Source of the DNA: Chloropicon primus
Lineage: Eukaryota
Direction of reading: 5' to 3'
Length of the DNA: 64,000 nucleotides
NCBI GenBank assembly: GCA_023205875.1
Contig: CP060766.1
Location: 62,001 to 126,000 of the forward strand
Position 1 is the stretch's first letter, and each line of letters opens with the position of its first letter. The translations under genes were made by a program, and so were the position numbers. The notes below the pieces were generated by a model. It was given only the letters and a program-made list of their open reading frames with translations. It was not told the DNA's origin and searched no databases. Positions 20,489-30,694 of this stretch are shown one piece after another.

Positions 20489-21343
20489 ATGAGGCGTCCC
20501 ACGAGACAAAGTCCCAGAACACGCACCAGGTCGACGGCGGCGACGACAGCAGCGACGACCGACGCCGACGGTGATGACAAGGGAGGACTGCTCGCAAAGC
20601 CAACGCTTCGGGATGCCATCTGTTGCGTTCTTCAAAATGCGGGAGGGAGGAGCTTGCACTACAATGAGATCCTTGAGAAGATCCAGGCCAAGAAGTTGTA
20701 TGTTTTCATGCGTAAGGATGGTTCGCTTTCTTTTGATCCGAAGAAAATGGGAGCCAGTGTCAATACTGTTTGCAACAAGAACTCCCGCAACAAGAACCCC
20801 CACTTTGCTCGCACTGCACCCGGAACATACGCAATTGCCGCTGACTCCTTGAATGTGTCCAATATTCAAGATCATGTCAGGCCCTCACCGCTTGGTGATG
20901 CCATCTCTCGCGTTCTTCAAGATGCGGGAAGGAGTTTACGACCCAAAGCGACGACCGACGCCGACGGTGATGACAAGGGAGGACTGTTCACAGGTGGTCC
21001 AGATCCAGCGCAGGTGTTGATAACTATGATGCGAGACAACACACATCGCATGACTGCTCGCAATCGAAAGACTGCTCGCAATCAAAAGAGAACGCTTCGG
21101 GATGCCATCTATCGCGTTCTTCAAGATGCAGGGAGGAGCTTGCGCGTCAAAGAGATCCTTGTCCGGATCCAGGCCAAGAGGTTGTATGTGTTCAGGCAGA
21201 AGGGTGGTTCTATTTGTCAAAATCTAGAGAGATTGCGGAACCGTGTGAGCTCTACTTGTATAAAGAGCCCCTGCTTTGTTCGCACTGCACGTGGACTATA
21301 TGCCATTGCCAAGGAATACTTGAATCGATCAACCACTGGCTGA
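20489..21343 (+). CDS. HARE-HTH domain protein, copy 1 (chimeric; SHOCT-like tail lies out of frame downstream)
   Basis: TLRDAICCVLQNAGGRSLHYNEILEKIQAKKLY...ASVNTVC...FARTAPGTYAI; two complete domains plus one truncated. Confidence 0.7.
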   Translation: MRRPTRQSPRTRTRSTAATTAATTDADGDDKGGLLAKPTLRDAICCVLQNAGGRSLHYNEILEKIQAKKLYVFMRKDGSLSFDPKKMGASVNTVCNKNSRNKNPHFARTAPGTYAIAADSLNVSNIQDHVRPSPLGDAISRVLQDAGRSLRPKATTDADGDDKGGLFTGGPDPAQVLITMMRDNTHRMTARNRKTARNQKRTLRDAIYRVLQDAGRSLRVKEILVRIQAKRLYVFRQKGGSICQNLERLRNRVSSTCIKSPCFVRTARGLYAIAKEYLNRSTTG

Positions 21344-22347
21344 ATCAGGAGCTGAATGAGGAGGACTCCAACGCCGCTGCCAACAACAACAACAACAACA
21401 ACATTATGAGTTCTCCCTATGCTTTGGTTTTGAGAGAGGCTCTCGAGTCCGGTCTGATGACGGAGGAGGAGTACGCCGAAGCCGTGCAGGAGGCCCAACG
21501 TGTTGGAAGCAAGTCACCGGAGGAGAAGAAAGAGATCGAGGACTACAACGAGGCGTTCTAGGTCGTTGTCGAGGACGCATCTCTTCTGTTGAGTGAAGAG
21601 CAAAAATTTGGTGTGAAGAGAGAATACCTCGAAGAGGTCGGGCTCAGCAAAGCTCGTAGTCGTCCGTCAAAGAGAAGACGACGCAAGACGGTCCCTTCCA
21701 TCGTCAAGGTCAAGCAGGAAGAGTGATGAGGGAGTGTTTAGGGTAGAGCGAGTAAGCCGTACAAGACAGTTGATGAAATGTAGATACAAATATGATCACT
21801 CTGTAGTCTGTGCCCTGACAGCAGTCTTTTCTCATCACCATCGTCATCCTCATCGACGCCGCCCCCGACCCGAGACCGCCGCGTACGTTACAAAGCAAGC
21901 AAGTGGCAGATCCAACTCATTTCTTGATCCAACACTAACCTTACGACCAAGCAAGTCCTTCCCTCTTGCCCTCGCCCCCTTCTCCAAAACAATGGGTTTC
22001 AGAATCCCTAGGCCGGAGAGAGAGGATAACGCATGAGCGGATAACGCTCGTTCTCATTTGGCGGCGGCGCATCACGTGGGAGAGAGGGTCTTTGTCGAAG
22101 AACTTTGTGCACGGACGGGGACGGCGAAGGGGAGGAGGTGTTGAAAGAACGGAAGCGCGTCTCAAGGGCTTTCCATTGATACCTCGGCTGAAGGTTTTGG
22201 CAAAAAAGAGTGATCCCTCGCGCCCTTTGAGGTTCTCAGAGGATCTCAGAAGTTTGTTTGTGAGCTCGGTTCGTGAAGAGGAAGGGGAGGGACGTCTTCG
22301 AAGGAACTCGTGGAGCAGTGCAGTGTTGTGCGGTGCTTTATTTCATC

Positions 22348-23265
22348 ATGAGGCGTCCCACGAGACAAAGTCCCAGAACACGCACCAGGTCGATGGCGGC
22401 GACGACAGCAGCGACGACCGACGCCGACGGTGATGACAAGGGAGGACTGTTCACAGGTGGTCCAGATCCAGCGCAGGTGTTGATGACTATGATGCGAGAC
22501 AACACACATCGCATGACTGCTCGCAATCAAAAGAGAACGCTTCGGGATGCCATCTGTTGCGTTCTTCAAAATGCAGGGCGGAGCTTGCGCGCCAGAGAGA
22601 TCCTTGAGAAGATCCAGGCCAAGAAGTTGTATGTTTTCATGCGTAAGGATGGTTCTGTTTGTTCTTCCTCTGACGCAATGCAGACACGTATCAGGTATGC
22701 TTGTCGAACGACCCCAAGCATTGCTCGGACTGCATACGGAGCATATGGAATTGCCAAGGAATCCTTGAATGGGTCCAATATTCAAGATGCTGTCAGGCCC
22801 TCACCGCTTGGTGATGCCATCTCTCGCGTTCTTGAAGATCAGGGAGGGAGCTTGCGCGTCAAAGAGATCCTTGCCAAGATCCTTGCCAAGAAGTTGTTTG
22901 TCTTCAGGCGGAAAGATGGCTCTGTTTCTAATGATCCGAAGAAAATGCGAGCCAGTGTCAATACTGTTTGCAACAAGAACCCCCGCTTTGTTCGCATTGC
23001 CCTGGGAACGTATGCCATTGCCAAGGAGTGCTTGAATGGAGCCACCATTGACGAGCTGAATGAGGAGGACTCCAACGCCGCTGCCAACAACAACAACAAC
23101 AACAACATTATGAGTTCTCCCTATGCTTTGGTTTTGAGAGAGGCTCTCGAGTCCGGTCTGATGACGGAGGAGGAGTACGCCGAAGCCGTGCAGGAGGCCC
23201 AACGTGTTGGAAGCAAGTCACCGGAGGAGAAGAAAGAGATCGAGGACTACAACGAGGCGTTCTAG
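22348..23265 (+). CDS. HARE-HTH domain protein, copy 2 (two domains + SHOCT-like motif)
   Basis: Two LxDAIxxVL..G.SL...EIL.KI.AKKL...F.R...G.Y.I domains; LREALESGLMTEEEYAEAVQ. Confidence 0.75.
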   Translation: MRRPTRQSPRTRTRSMAATTAATTDADGDDKGGLFTGGPDPAQVLMTMMRDNTHRMTARNQKRTLRDAICCVLQNAGRSLRAREILEKIQAKKLYVFMRKDGSVCSSSDAMQTRIRYACRTTPSIARTAYGAYGIAKESLNGSNIQDAVRPSPLGDAISRVLEDQGGSLRVKEILAKILAKKLFVFRRKDGSVSNDPKKMRASVNTVCNKNPRFVRIALGTYAIAKECLNGATIDELNEEDSNAAANNNNNNNIMSSPYALVLREALESGLMTEEEYAEAVQEAQRVGSKSPEEKKEIEDYNEAF

Positions 23266-24051
23266 GTCGTTGTCGAGGACGCATCTCTTCTGTTGAGTGA
23301 AGAGCAAAAATTTGGTGTGAAGAGAGAATACCTCGAAGAGGTCGGGCTCAGCAAAGCTCGTAGTCGTCCGTCAAAGAGAAGACGACGCAAGACGGTCCCT
23401 TCCATCGTCAAGGTCAAGCAGGAAGAGTGATGAGGGAGTGTTTAGGGTAGAGCGAGTAAGCCGTACAAGACAGTTGATGAAATGTAGATACAAATATGAT
23501 CACTCTGTAGTCTGTGCCCTGACAGCAGTCTTTTCTCATCACCATCGTCATCCTCATCGACGCCGCCCCCGACCCGAGACCGCCGCGTACGTTACAAAGC
23601 AAGCAAGTGGCAGATCCAACTCATTTCTTGATCCAACACTAACCTTACGACCAAGCAAGTCCTTCCCTCTTGCCCTCGCCCCCTTCTCCAAAACAATGGG
23701 TTTCAGAATCCCTAGGCCGGAGAGAGAGGATAACGCATGAGCGGATAACGCTCGTTCTCATTTGGCGGCGGCGCATCACGTGGGAGAGAGGGTCTTTGTC
23801 GAAGAACTTTGTGCACGGACGGGGACGGCGAAGGGGAGGAGGTATTGAAAGAACGGAAGCGCGTCTCAAGGGCTTTCCATTGATACCTCGGCTGAAGGTT
23901 TTGGCAAAAAAGAGTGATCCCTCGCGCCCTTTGAGGTTCTCAGAGGATCTCAGAAGTTTGTTTGTGAGCTCGGTTCGTGAAGAGGAAGGGGAGGGACGTC
24001 TTCGAAGGAACTCGTGGAGCAGTGCAGTGTTGTGCGGTGCTTTATTTCATC

Positions 24052-25101
24052 ATGAGGCGTCCCACGAGACAAAGTCCCAGAACACGCACCAGGTCGATGG
24101 CGGCGACGACAGCAGCGACGACCGACGCCGACGGTGATGACAAGGGAGGACTGTTCACAGGTGGTCCAGATCCAGCGCAGGTGTTGATGACTATGATGCG
24201 AGACAACACACATCGCATGACTGCTCGCAATCAAAAGAGAACGCTTCGGGATGCCATCTGTTGCGTTCTTCAAAATGCGGGAGGGAGGAGCTTGCACTAC
24301 AATGAGATCCTTGAGAAGATCCAGGCCAAGAAGTTGTATGTTTTCATGCGTAAGGATGGTTCGCTTTCTTTTGATCCGAAGAAAATGGGAGCCAGTATCA
24401 ATGCTATTTGCAACAAGAACTCCCGCAACAAGAACCCCCACTTTGCTCGCACTGCACCGGGAACATACGAAATTGCCGCTGACTCCTTGAATGGGTCCGA
24501 TACTCAAGGTGCTGTCAGCACCTCACCGCTTGGTGATGCCATCTCTCGCGTTCTTCAAGATGCAGGAAGGAGTTTACGACCCAAAGAGATCCTTGCTAAG
24601 ATCCTTGCCAAGAAGTTGTTTGTCTTCAGGCGGAAAGATGATTCTGTTTCTAATGATCCGAAGAAAATGCGAGCCAGTGTCAACACTGTTTGTAGCCGGA
24701 ACCCCCGCTTTGTTCGCACTGCCCTGGGAACATATGCCATTGCTACTGACTCCTTGAATGGGTCCAATGCTCAAGTTGCTGTCAGCGCCGCACCACTTCG
24801 GGATGCCATCTATCGCTTTCTTCAAGATGTGGGAGGGAGCTTGCACTACAAAGAGATCCAGGCCAAGATCCAGGCCAAGAAGCTATATGTGTTCAGGCGT
24901 ATGGATGGTTCGCTTTCTTTTGATCAGAAGGCAATGTGGTCCAGTGTCAGAACTGTTTGTTCACAGTCTCCTCTCTTTGTTCGCACTGAACCGGGAACAT
25001 ACGCGATTGCCAAGGACTTGAGAAAGGCTCTCGAGTCCGGCCTGATGACGGAGAAGGAGTACGCCCAAGCCGTGCAGCAGGCCCAGCGTTATGAGTCATA
25101 A
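24052..25101 (+). CDS. HARE-HTH domain protein, copy 3 (three domains + SHOCT-like motif)
   Basis: Three domains; LRKALESGLMTEKEYAQAVQ; the stop codon is created by a 14-nt insertion. Confidence 0.75.
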   Translation: MRRPTRQSPRTRTRSMAATTAATTDADGDDKGGLFTGGPDPAQVLMTMMRDNTHRMTARNQKRTLRDAICCVLQNAGGRSLHYNEILEKIQAKKLYVFMRKDGSLSFDPKKMGASINAICNKNSRNKNPHFARTAPGTYEIAADSLNGSDTQGAVSTSPLGDAISRVLQDAGRSLRPKEILAKILAKKLFVFRRKDDSVSNDPKKMRASVNTVCSRNPRFVRTALGTYAIATDSLNGSNAQVAVSAAPLRDAIYRFLQDVGGSLHYKEIQAKIQAKKLYVFRRMDGSLSFDQKAMWSSVRTVCSQSPLFVRTEPGTYAIAKDLRKALESGLMTEKEYAQAVQQAQRYES

Positions 25102-25541
25102 CTTATGACAGCAAATCCACGGAGAAGTATAAAGAGATCGAGGACTACAACGAGGCGTTGCGGGTGATCTTTGCGGAGGCATCTCTTAAGCTGAGCGACA
25201 AGGAACAATTTGGTGTGAAGAGAGAATACCTCGAAGAGGTCGGGCTCTGCAAGGCTCCTCGTCGCTCGTCGAAGAGAACACGAAGCAAGACGGCCCCTTC
25301 CATCGTCAAGGTCAAGCAGGAAGAGTGAGGAAGGGGTTGGAAGCCATCAATCCATCTGCGGAGAGAGCAAACACCCAAAGTGAAGAAACAGAATTGATGG
25401 ATGCATCCCATCATTGATGGATTGGTTGGTTCACTTGTTGCCCACCTTGGCGTTCTCAGTCTCATACTCATATACAAAAGTCATCGTTTCGTTTCGATTC
25501 CGGATTTTGATGACAAGTGGTCGTGAGACAGAGGGAGGAAG

Positions 25542-26388
25542 ATGGTTTCTGTGACGAGAGGGAGTCTACTTGCGGCGGCCTTGGTCCTGGTTTTGGTCTC
25601 CTGGACCACGGCCGTGGATGGAGCACGCCAAGGCGCAAGCTTTGTGGTTCCTTATGGGCAGGTTGCAGTGGAGGGACAGAGAGAATGGAACGTGACAAGA
25701 GCATTGGAACTTCATGCTGCAGAGGGTCCTCACGACTATCCTCTCTACAAGCAGTGTGACTCGAGGTGGGGGAGCGACGTCATTGTCAGCAAGACGGTGT
25801 GTCAGGTGGGCTGCTTGATGTCGTCCATATCCATGGGCCTCGCAGGTGAGTAACTGGACTGCCACTTGGAACTGGAACTGGAACTGGAAGTGTCCGTTTG
25901 CTCCCTCTTTCAGGCTTCTGTCTTTGACCTCGGGCACCAAGGTCTGGATCCATGACGCTTTACTGCATAACGTTGACACGTACTTTTCGTGCTTGTTCTT
26001 GCTCTTGGCGTGGGCGAACGAAGGTTGGCAAATCAGCATTGATGGCTCCGCGAGTAACCCAGGCACTTTGAACTCCTGGCTCTTGGACAACTCTGGGTAC
26101 ACACAAGGCAACAACCTGATTGAGGACGCCTTGAATGCAATTGTTCCTGGCATGTGGTCCGGCAGCGGGATGCACAAGAGCAACGACCTCGATCCTCAGG
26201 AGCTCCCTTCGTATTTCGACAACTCCATCGTTGTCGCGAACGTCATGAACGGCAGGCACTTTGTGTTGGCCACTGGCTGGGATCCAGAAGAGCCCGACAA
26301 CGTCTACGTGAACGACCCTGGATTCAGGAACACGCAGTACTCCTTCTCGGAAGATATTGTGGGCTGGAGAATCTTCACCATGACTTGA
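25542..26388 (+). CDS. Secreted peptidase C39-like protein
   Basis: Signal peptide; exons 25542-25845 and 26024-26388; YKQCDSRW...CQVGCLMSS (Gln/Cys), GRHFVLATG (His), VYVNDPG (Asp). Confidence 0.75.
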
Positions 26389-26458
26389 GCCGTGGACGTG
26401 CAGTCAGTTGGGGCAAGGCAAGGCAGAAAGAACACGGCGTCGATGTCGTTCATATATT

Positions 26459-28007
26459 TTACAATTTCTTCATTCCTTCCATCCCGTCCAGTGACCCCTC
26501 GTCGCTCACCTCTTCACGAGCAACCTCGTCCTGCACCCCGCACTTCATCAGCTTGCTCCGGGTGAATTGCCCTCTGGGCATGCAAGCCCGAGTCCTGTTG
26601 GTACTTTCCGAGAGGGCTGCCATGAACTCCATCTCCGCGTCAAAGGAGTGGTGAGGGTGCTCTCTAAGCTGCTCGCTGTCCAGGTGCATGCCCAGCCCCG
26701 CAAATTGAGTGAATCGAAAGTAGTGGTACGGCCAAGACCGGTTGTTGATGCCGAAGAGCTTCTGCGATGAAAAGGCGTAGATGGCCACCCTCTCGCACAC
26801 CTGAAGCAGGAAATAGAATCCAATGAAGCCGCTGGACGGCGCGTCACCGCCGTCGTAGCTGATTGGGGATTGCTCCCTCAGGGAAGCCTCCTTGAACGCT
26901 GCAGGGTTGGACGAAGAGGAAGGGAACAAGAGGGACGACGGATGGTCAGTACTGGCCACGCCCTGCAAGCGAATGATTTCCAAAGCTGCTGCCAGGGAAA
27001 GGAAGGAAGGAAGCAACTGCTGAGCTTGGCGATACTCCACCGTTGTCGGACTCACCTTTGAGGAGATTCCTCGCCCTTGATTCGAGGCCCTGGGCCACGT
27101 AAAGCAATCTGAGATCCTTCCTCGCGTGCCTCACCACGCTGGCCAGGTGCTCAAAGGATCTCCCGCTGATCCTCGAAGCCAAGATGGTCGCGTTCTCCGC
27201 CTCGCTGGGCAAGAACACCTTCCTGCCCTCCGTCGCCGAGGTGTACATCGAGACCCACTTCTTGTTCAGGAGCCGGAACGTGGTCTTCGATCCAACGATC
27301 TTCTCGTACCCTTTGCTTGGTCCTTGGTTGATCCGCAGGACAGCTTCATGCTTGTCGATGGTTTCTCCAAAGTTAGCAGCTCGGGCTATGCCGGCGTTCC
27401 CAACGAGAGCGCAGCTTTTGTACCTCGCGCGCCGGCCCGAGGAGGGCTCCGCTCCCGCATCGCCGCCCTCGTCTTTGACGAAAGGCGAAGTCTGGGGCAA
27501 GAATCGCTCCGGCCTCGACAGGTGCGCTCGAAGCCTCTCCATGTTCTCTTGGGTCACCACGATCAGCTCCGGAGAATAGCCGAACTCTGAACGCGAGAAA
27601 GACTGTTGGTCCTCCATGACTTGGAAGAGCTCGCTCAGTGTCCATGCCTTCTTCGGTCGGGGGGGCTTTGCCTGTTCCCCTCCGCCCTCCACCTCCCCTG
27701 GTGTTTCCTCCGGGACACTCGCTTCCACGACGACCTCCTCCTTTCTCGCCCCCCCTGCCGCTGCTGCGCCCCCCCCCTCGCCGCTGCTGAGCTCCACCTG
27801 ACTCCCTCCCCCGGCTAACTCCTTCCTGGTCTCAGCAGCCTGCGCCACCTCCACCCTTCCTCCCGATTCACTCGCATCACTGTCCAGCAAGTCGTGGACC
27901 GAGTGGACGTTCGAGGCAAACTGGGTCACCAGCACGAGGGCGCAGAGGAGCGCAATGCACTTGATGACGAGCCACAGCCTCACCCTCACCCTCGGTCTCC
28001 CAGGCAT
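26459..28007 (-). CDS. GT29 sialyltransferase-like glycosyltransferase (type II membrane)
   Basis: Exons 28007-27056 and 26898-26459; sialylmotif L CALVGNAG...IDKHEAVLRIN...VGSKTT, motif S PSSGFIG..CERVAIYAF, motif III YHYF, motif VS HSFDAE. Confidence 0.85.
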
Positions 28008-28783
28008 CCTCTCTCTGTCTCCGTCTCTCTCTCTCTCTCTGTGTCTCGACCTTTCAAACAACCTCCTTCTGCCCAGAGCCTTCCTGCCTGTTCATACCTT
28101 GCTGCTGCAGGGCCCGCCTGGCTCTGTGACTCAAAGGGCCGGTGGAGCGAGCGAGTACGTGTTCCTCTTCCCCGTCTCACGCGTCCATGAATCAGCGCTC
28201 TGCTTCACGCCAACAACTCGTGGAAACAAACTCCTTGCTCAGACAAAGACACAGAGTGCGAGCGTGTTGGGGAGCTTCACTGCGGTGTCTCCCTCAAGCC
28301 CCTTTCGGTCCGTTCCGAACCAGGCAAAGTGTCAGAGATATCAGAGCGTTTGAGAATGTCTATGCCCTATGCCTGTGGGCCCATCCCCTCGATTGCCTCG
28401 CCCCACCACTCCTCAAGACGACACCTGGACGCCATCGCCATCGCCATCGCCATCGCGAGCGTAGGCCATTGCCAATCTCCAAGATCGCGCCTTGGGCCCC
28501 CAAAAATCTCCGCCGGGGAGCGGGGAGGGGGAAGAGGGACAACAGCAGGAGAGGAGGGACGCAAAGGGCGAGGACGGGCGGAGGGGCGAGGGAAAGGGAC
28601 GTAGGACGGCTTAAGGGGTAGCTTCGTCTCTTCGGCTTTCGAAAGAGCCGTCGCTCGAGAGGAACGGCGTTCTGGTGAGGAATTGGTGGACACGGAGGGG
28701 TGACGGGACGGGACACGGGAGGGAGGGGTAAGGCGGAGGACGTTGGTCGGTTGGCTGGCGACGCGACGCATGGGGAGAAGAAG

Positions 28784-30553
28784 ATGAAGGGGAAAGAGGA
28801 CGGAGCGATGGAGGCGAGGCCTCTGCTGGGGTACACGGATGAGGGGGAGGGGGAGGGAGGGGGGGCGCGGGAGGGGGTCACCATGAATTGGTCTGGGTTT
28901 GACGCGAACACCTCGACATTGGACGTTCCGGTTCTCGTGGAGGCGAACACGGTTGGGGATGCCGTTGACGTCGCCGAGGAAGGACGATATGCTGGAGCCA
29001 AGTTGTCCAAAGGTTTGGTGTTCTCGTACGGGTTGGGGCACGTGTTGAACGACTTGTGCGCGAGCATGTGGTTCTTCTACGCGGTGCTGTACTGCCAGCA
29101 GGTCCTCGGCATCGACAGCGACATGACGGGTGTGATTGTGCTGATTGGCCAGGTGGTGGACGGGTTGACCACGCCGGTGGTGGGGTACGCCTCGGACCGC
29201 ACGCGGACGTACTTTGGGGCGAGGAAGCCCTGGCACTTTTTCGGGGCCGTGTGCGTCGCCCTGACGTTCCCCTTCGTGTTCGGAGGCTGCTTCATCGGGG
29301 CGACCCCCACGAACTTTCTGTCGGGGGCGTGCCTCTTGAAGCCATGGCAGGACACCAAAGGGAAGATGGCCCTCCTCATCGGGTTCATCTCCCTGTTTCA
29401 GATTGGCTGGGCCTCCTCCCAAGTCAGCCACTTGGCTCTCATGCCGGACATCAGCCACAACAAGAAGCAGAGGACGACGCTTTCTTCGGTGAGGTACGGC
29501 GTCACCGTGGCTTGCAACATCTGCATCCTCCTGATGCTGTCCATCCTCCTCGCGAGGGAGAACAAGAGCGACAGCAGCTCGACGACGACGACGACGATGG
29601 GCGTCGAGAAGTCGGAGTGCGACGGGGTGCAGCTCACTCGGGCGGACCAACCGCTCTTCCAGTCCCTCAGTTGGATGGTCACCCTGATCGGTTCGTTGTG
29701 CGCCTGCGGCTTTTGGTTCGGTATTCCGAACCACCCGAAGAGGACCAGGAGGGCCTCCGAGGACGCGAACAACCTGTTCAGCTCGACCGGGAGCCTGTCT
29801 GCGAGCTCCCTGTCCATCTTCGAGGACGCCCTGTTCTGGAAGCACGGCCTGCTGTACATGCTGAGCCGGCTGATGATCAACCTGAACATGGTGTACATGC
29901 CCCTGTACGTGCAGAGCACCATGCGGATGAGGCGGGCCGACATCGCCATCATCCCGCTCTTGATGTACGTGCTGAGCCTGCTGGGGAGCTTCATCCAGAA
30001 CTTGCTCAACGAGAAGTTCGGCCGAGTCGCGGCTTTCAGCATCGGGGGCGCGCTCCAGGTCGTTGGGTCCCTGTCCCTGCTTCTGCTGCCGTCTCACCTG
30101 TCGGTGCTGATGTACGTCATCGCCCCGCTCATCGGGCTGGCGGGGACGAGCATGCTCGTCACGGTCATCTCCATGACGAGCGACTTTATCGGAAAGAGGA
30201 ATTTGAGCGCGAAGGTCTTCGGCCTGTACAGCTTCTCGGACAAGGTGTGCTCGGGCATCGCCGTGTACTGGATCCAAGCGAGCCTGACCTGCGGGGACTG
30301 CTGCATGAACGGGAGGTGCTGCTCCAAGTTCTACAGGAAGGTGCTGGGGATCGTGCCTCTCGGCGCGGCCGTCCTTTCCTTTGCGATCATCCTCCTCTGG
30401 AGGCAGATGAAGATCAGGAGGCTGAAGAGGGAAGAGTCCACGCTTCTGCTGGATCCGACGGCGTCGATTTCGGACCGCAAAGCGTACTCGTACGGGGCAA
30501 TGGGCGAGTCGGACCACAACGGTGGTGGTGGCCGCAGCATCATGGAGGGGTGA
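28784..30553 (+). CDS. MFS/GPH-family transporter, MFSD12-like
   Basis: SYGLGHVLNDLCASMWF, GQVVDGLTTPVVG, FGARKPWH, FQIGWASSQVSHLALMP, SFSDKVCSG; about 12 TM segments; start uncertain. Confidence 0.88.
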   Translation: MKGKEDGAMEARPLLGYTDEGEGEGGGAREGVTMNWSGFDANTSTLDVPVLVEANTVGDAVDVAEEGRYAGAKLSKGLVFSYGLGHVLNDLCASMWFFYAVLYCQQVLGIDSDMTGVIVLIGQVVDGLTTPVVGYASDRTRTYFGARKPWHFFGAVCVALTFPFVFGGCFIGATPTNFLSGACLLKPWQDTKGKMALLIGFISLFQIGWASSQVSHLALMPDISHNKKQRTTLSSVRYGVTVACNICILLMLSILLARENKSDSSSTTTTTMGVEKSECDGVQLTRADQPLFQSLSWMVTLIGSLCACGFWFGIPNHPKRTRRASEDANNLFSSTGSLSASSLSIFEDALFWKHGLLYMLSRLMINLNMVYMPLYVQSTMRMRRADIAIIPLLMYVLSLLGSFIQNLLNEKFGRVAAFSIGGALQVVGSLSLLLLPSHLSVLMYVIAPLIGLAGTSMLVTVISMTSDFIGKRNLSAKVFGLYSFSDKVCSGIAVYWIQASLTCGDCCMNGRCCSKFYRKVLGIVPLGAAVLSFAIILLWRQMKIRRLKREESTLLLDPTASISDRKAYSYGAMGESDHNGGGGRSIMEG

Positions 30554-30694
30554 GAAGCGGGAGGGGGAGGGGAGGCAAGAACAACGAAAGAAGGGGGATT
30601 TGGGGATTTTTTTTTGTTTCCAGTAATAGGATGTGATGTAAAATTACATGATGAATGCATGGCCGTGGTGTTGCCGTTGCTGCCTGTGTACCCT

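Larger units (their letters stand above)
20205..25330 (+). repeat. Tandem triplication (unit spacing about 1859 and 1704 bp) carrying the HARE-HTH genes
   Basis: Near-identical upstream and N-terminal sequence at ATG 20489, 22348, 24052; 21349-22570 recurs 1704 bp later. Confidence 0.95.
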
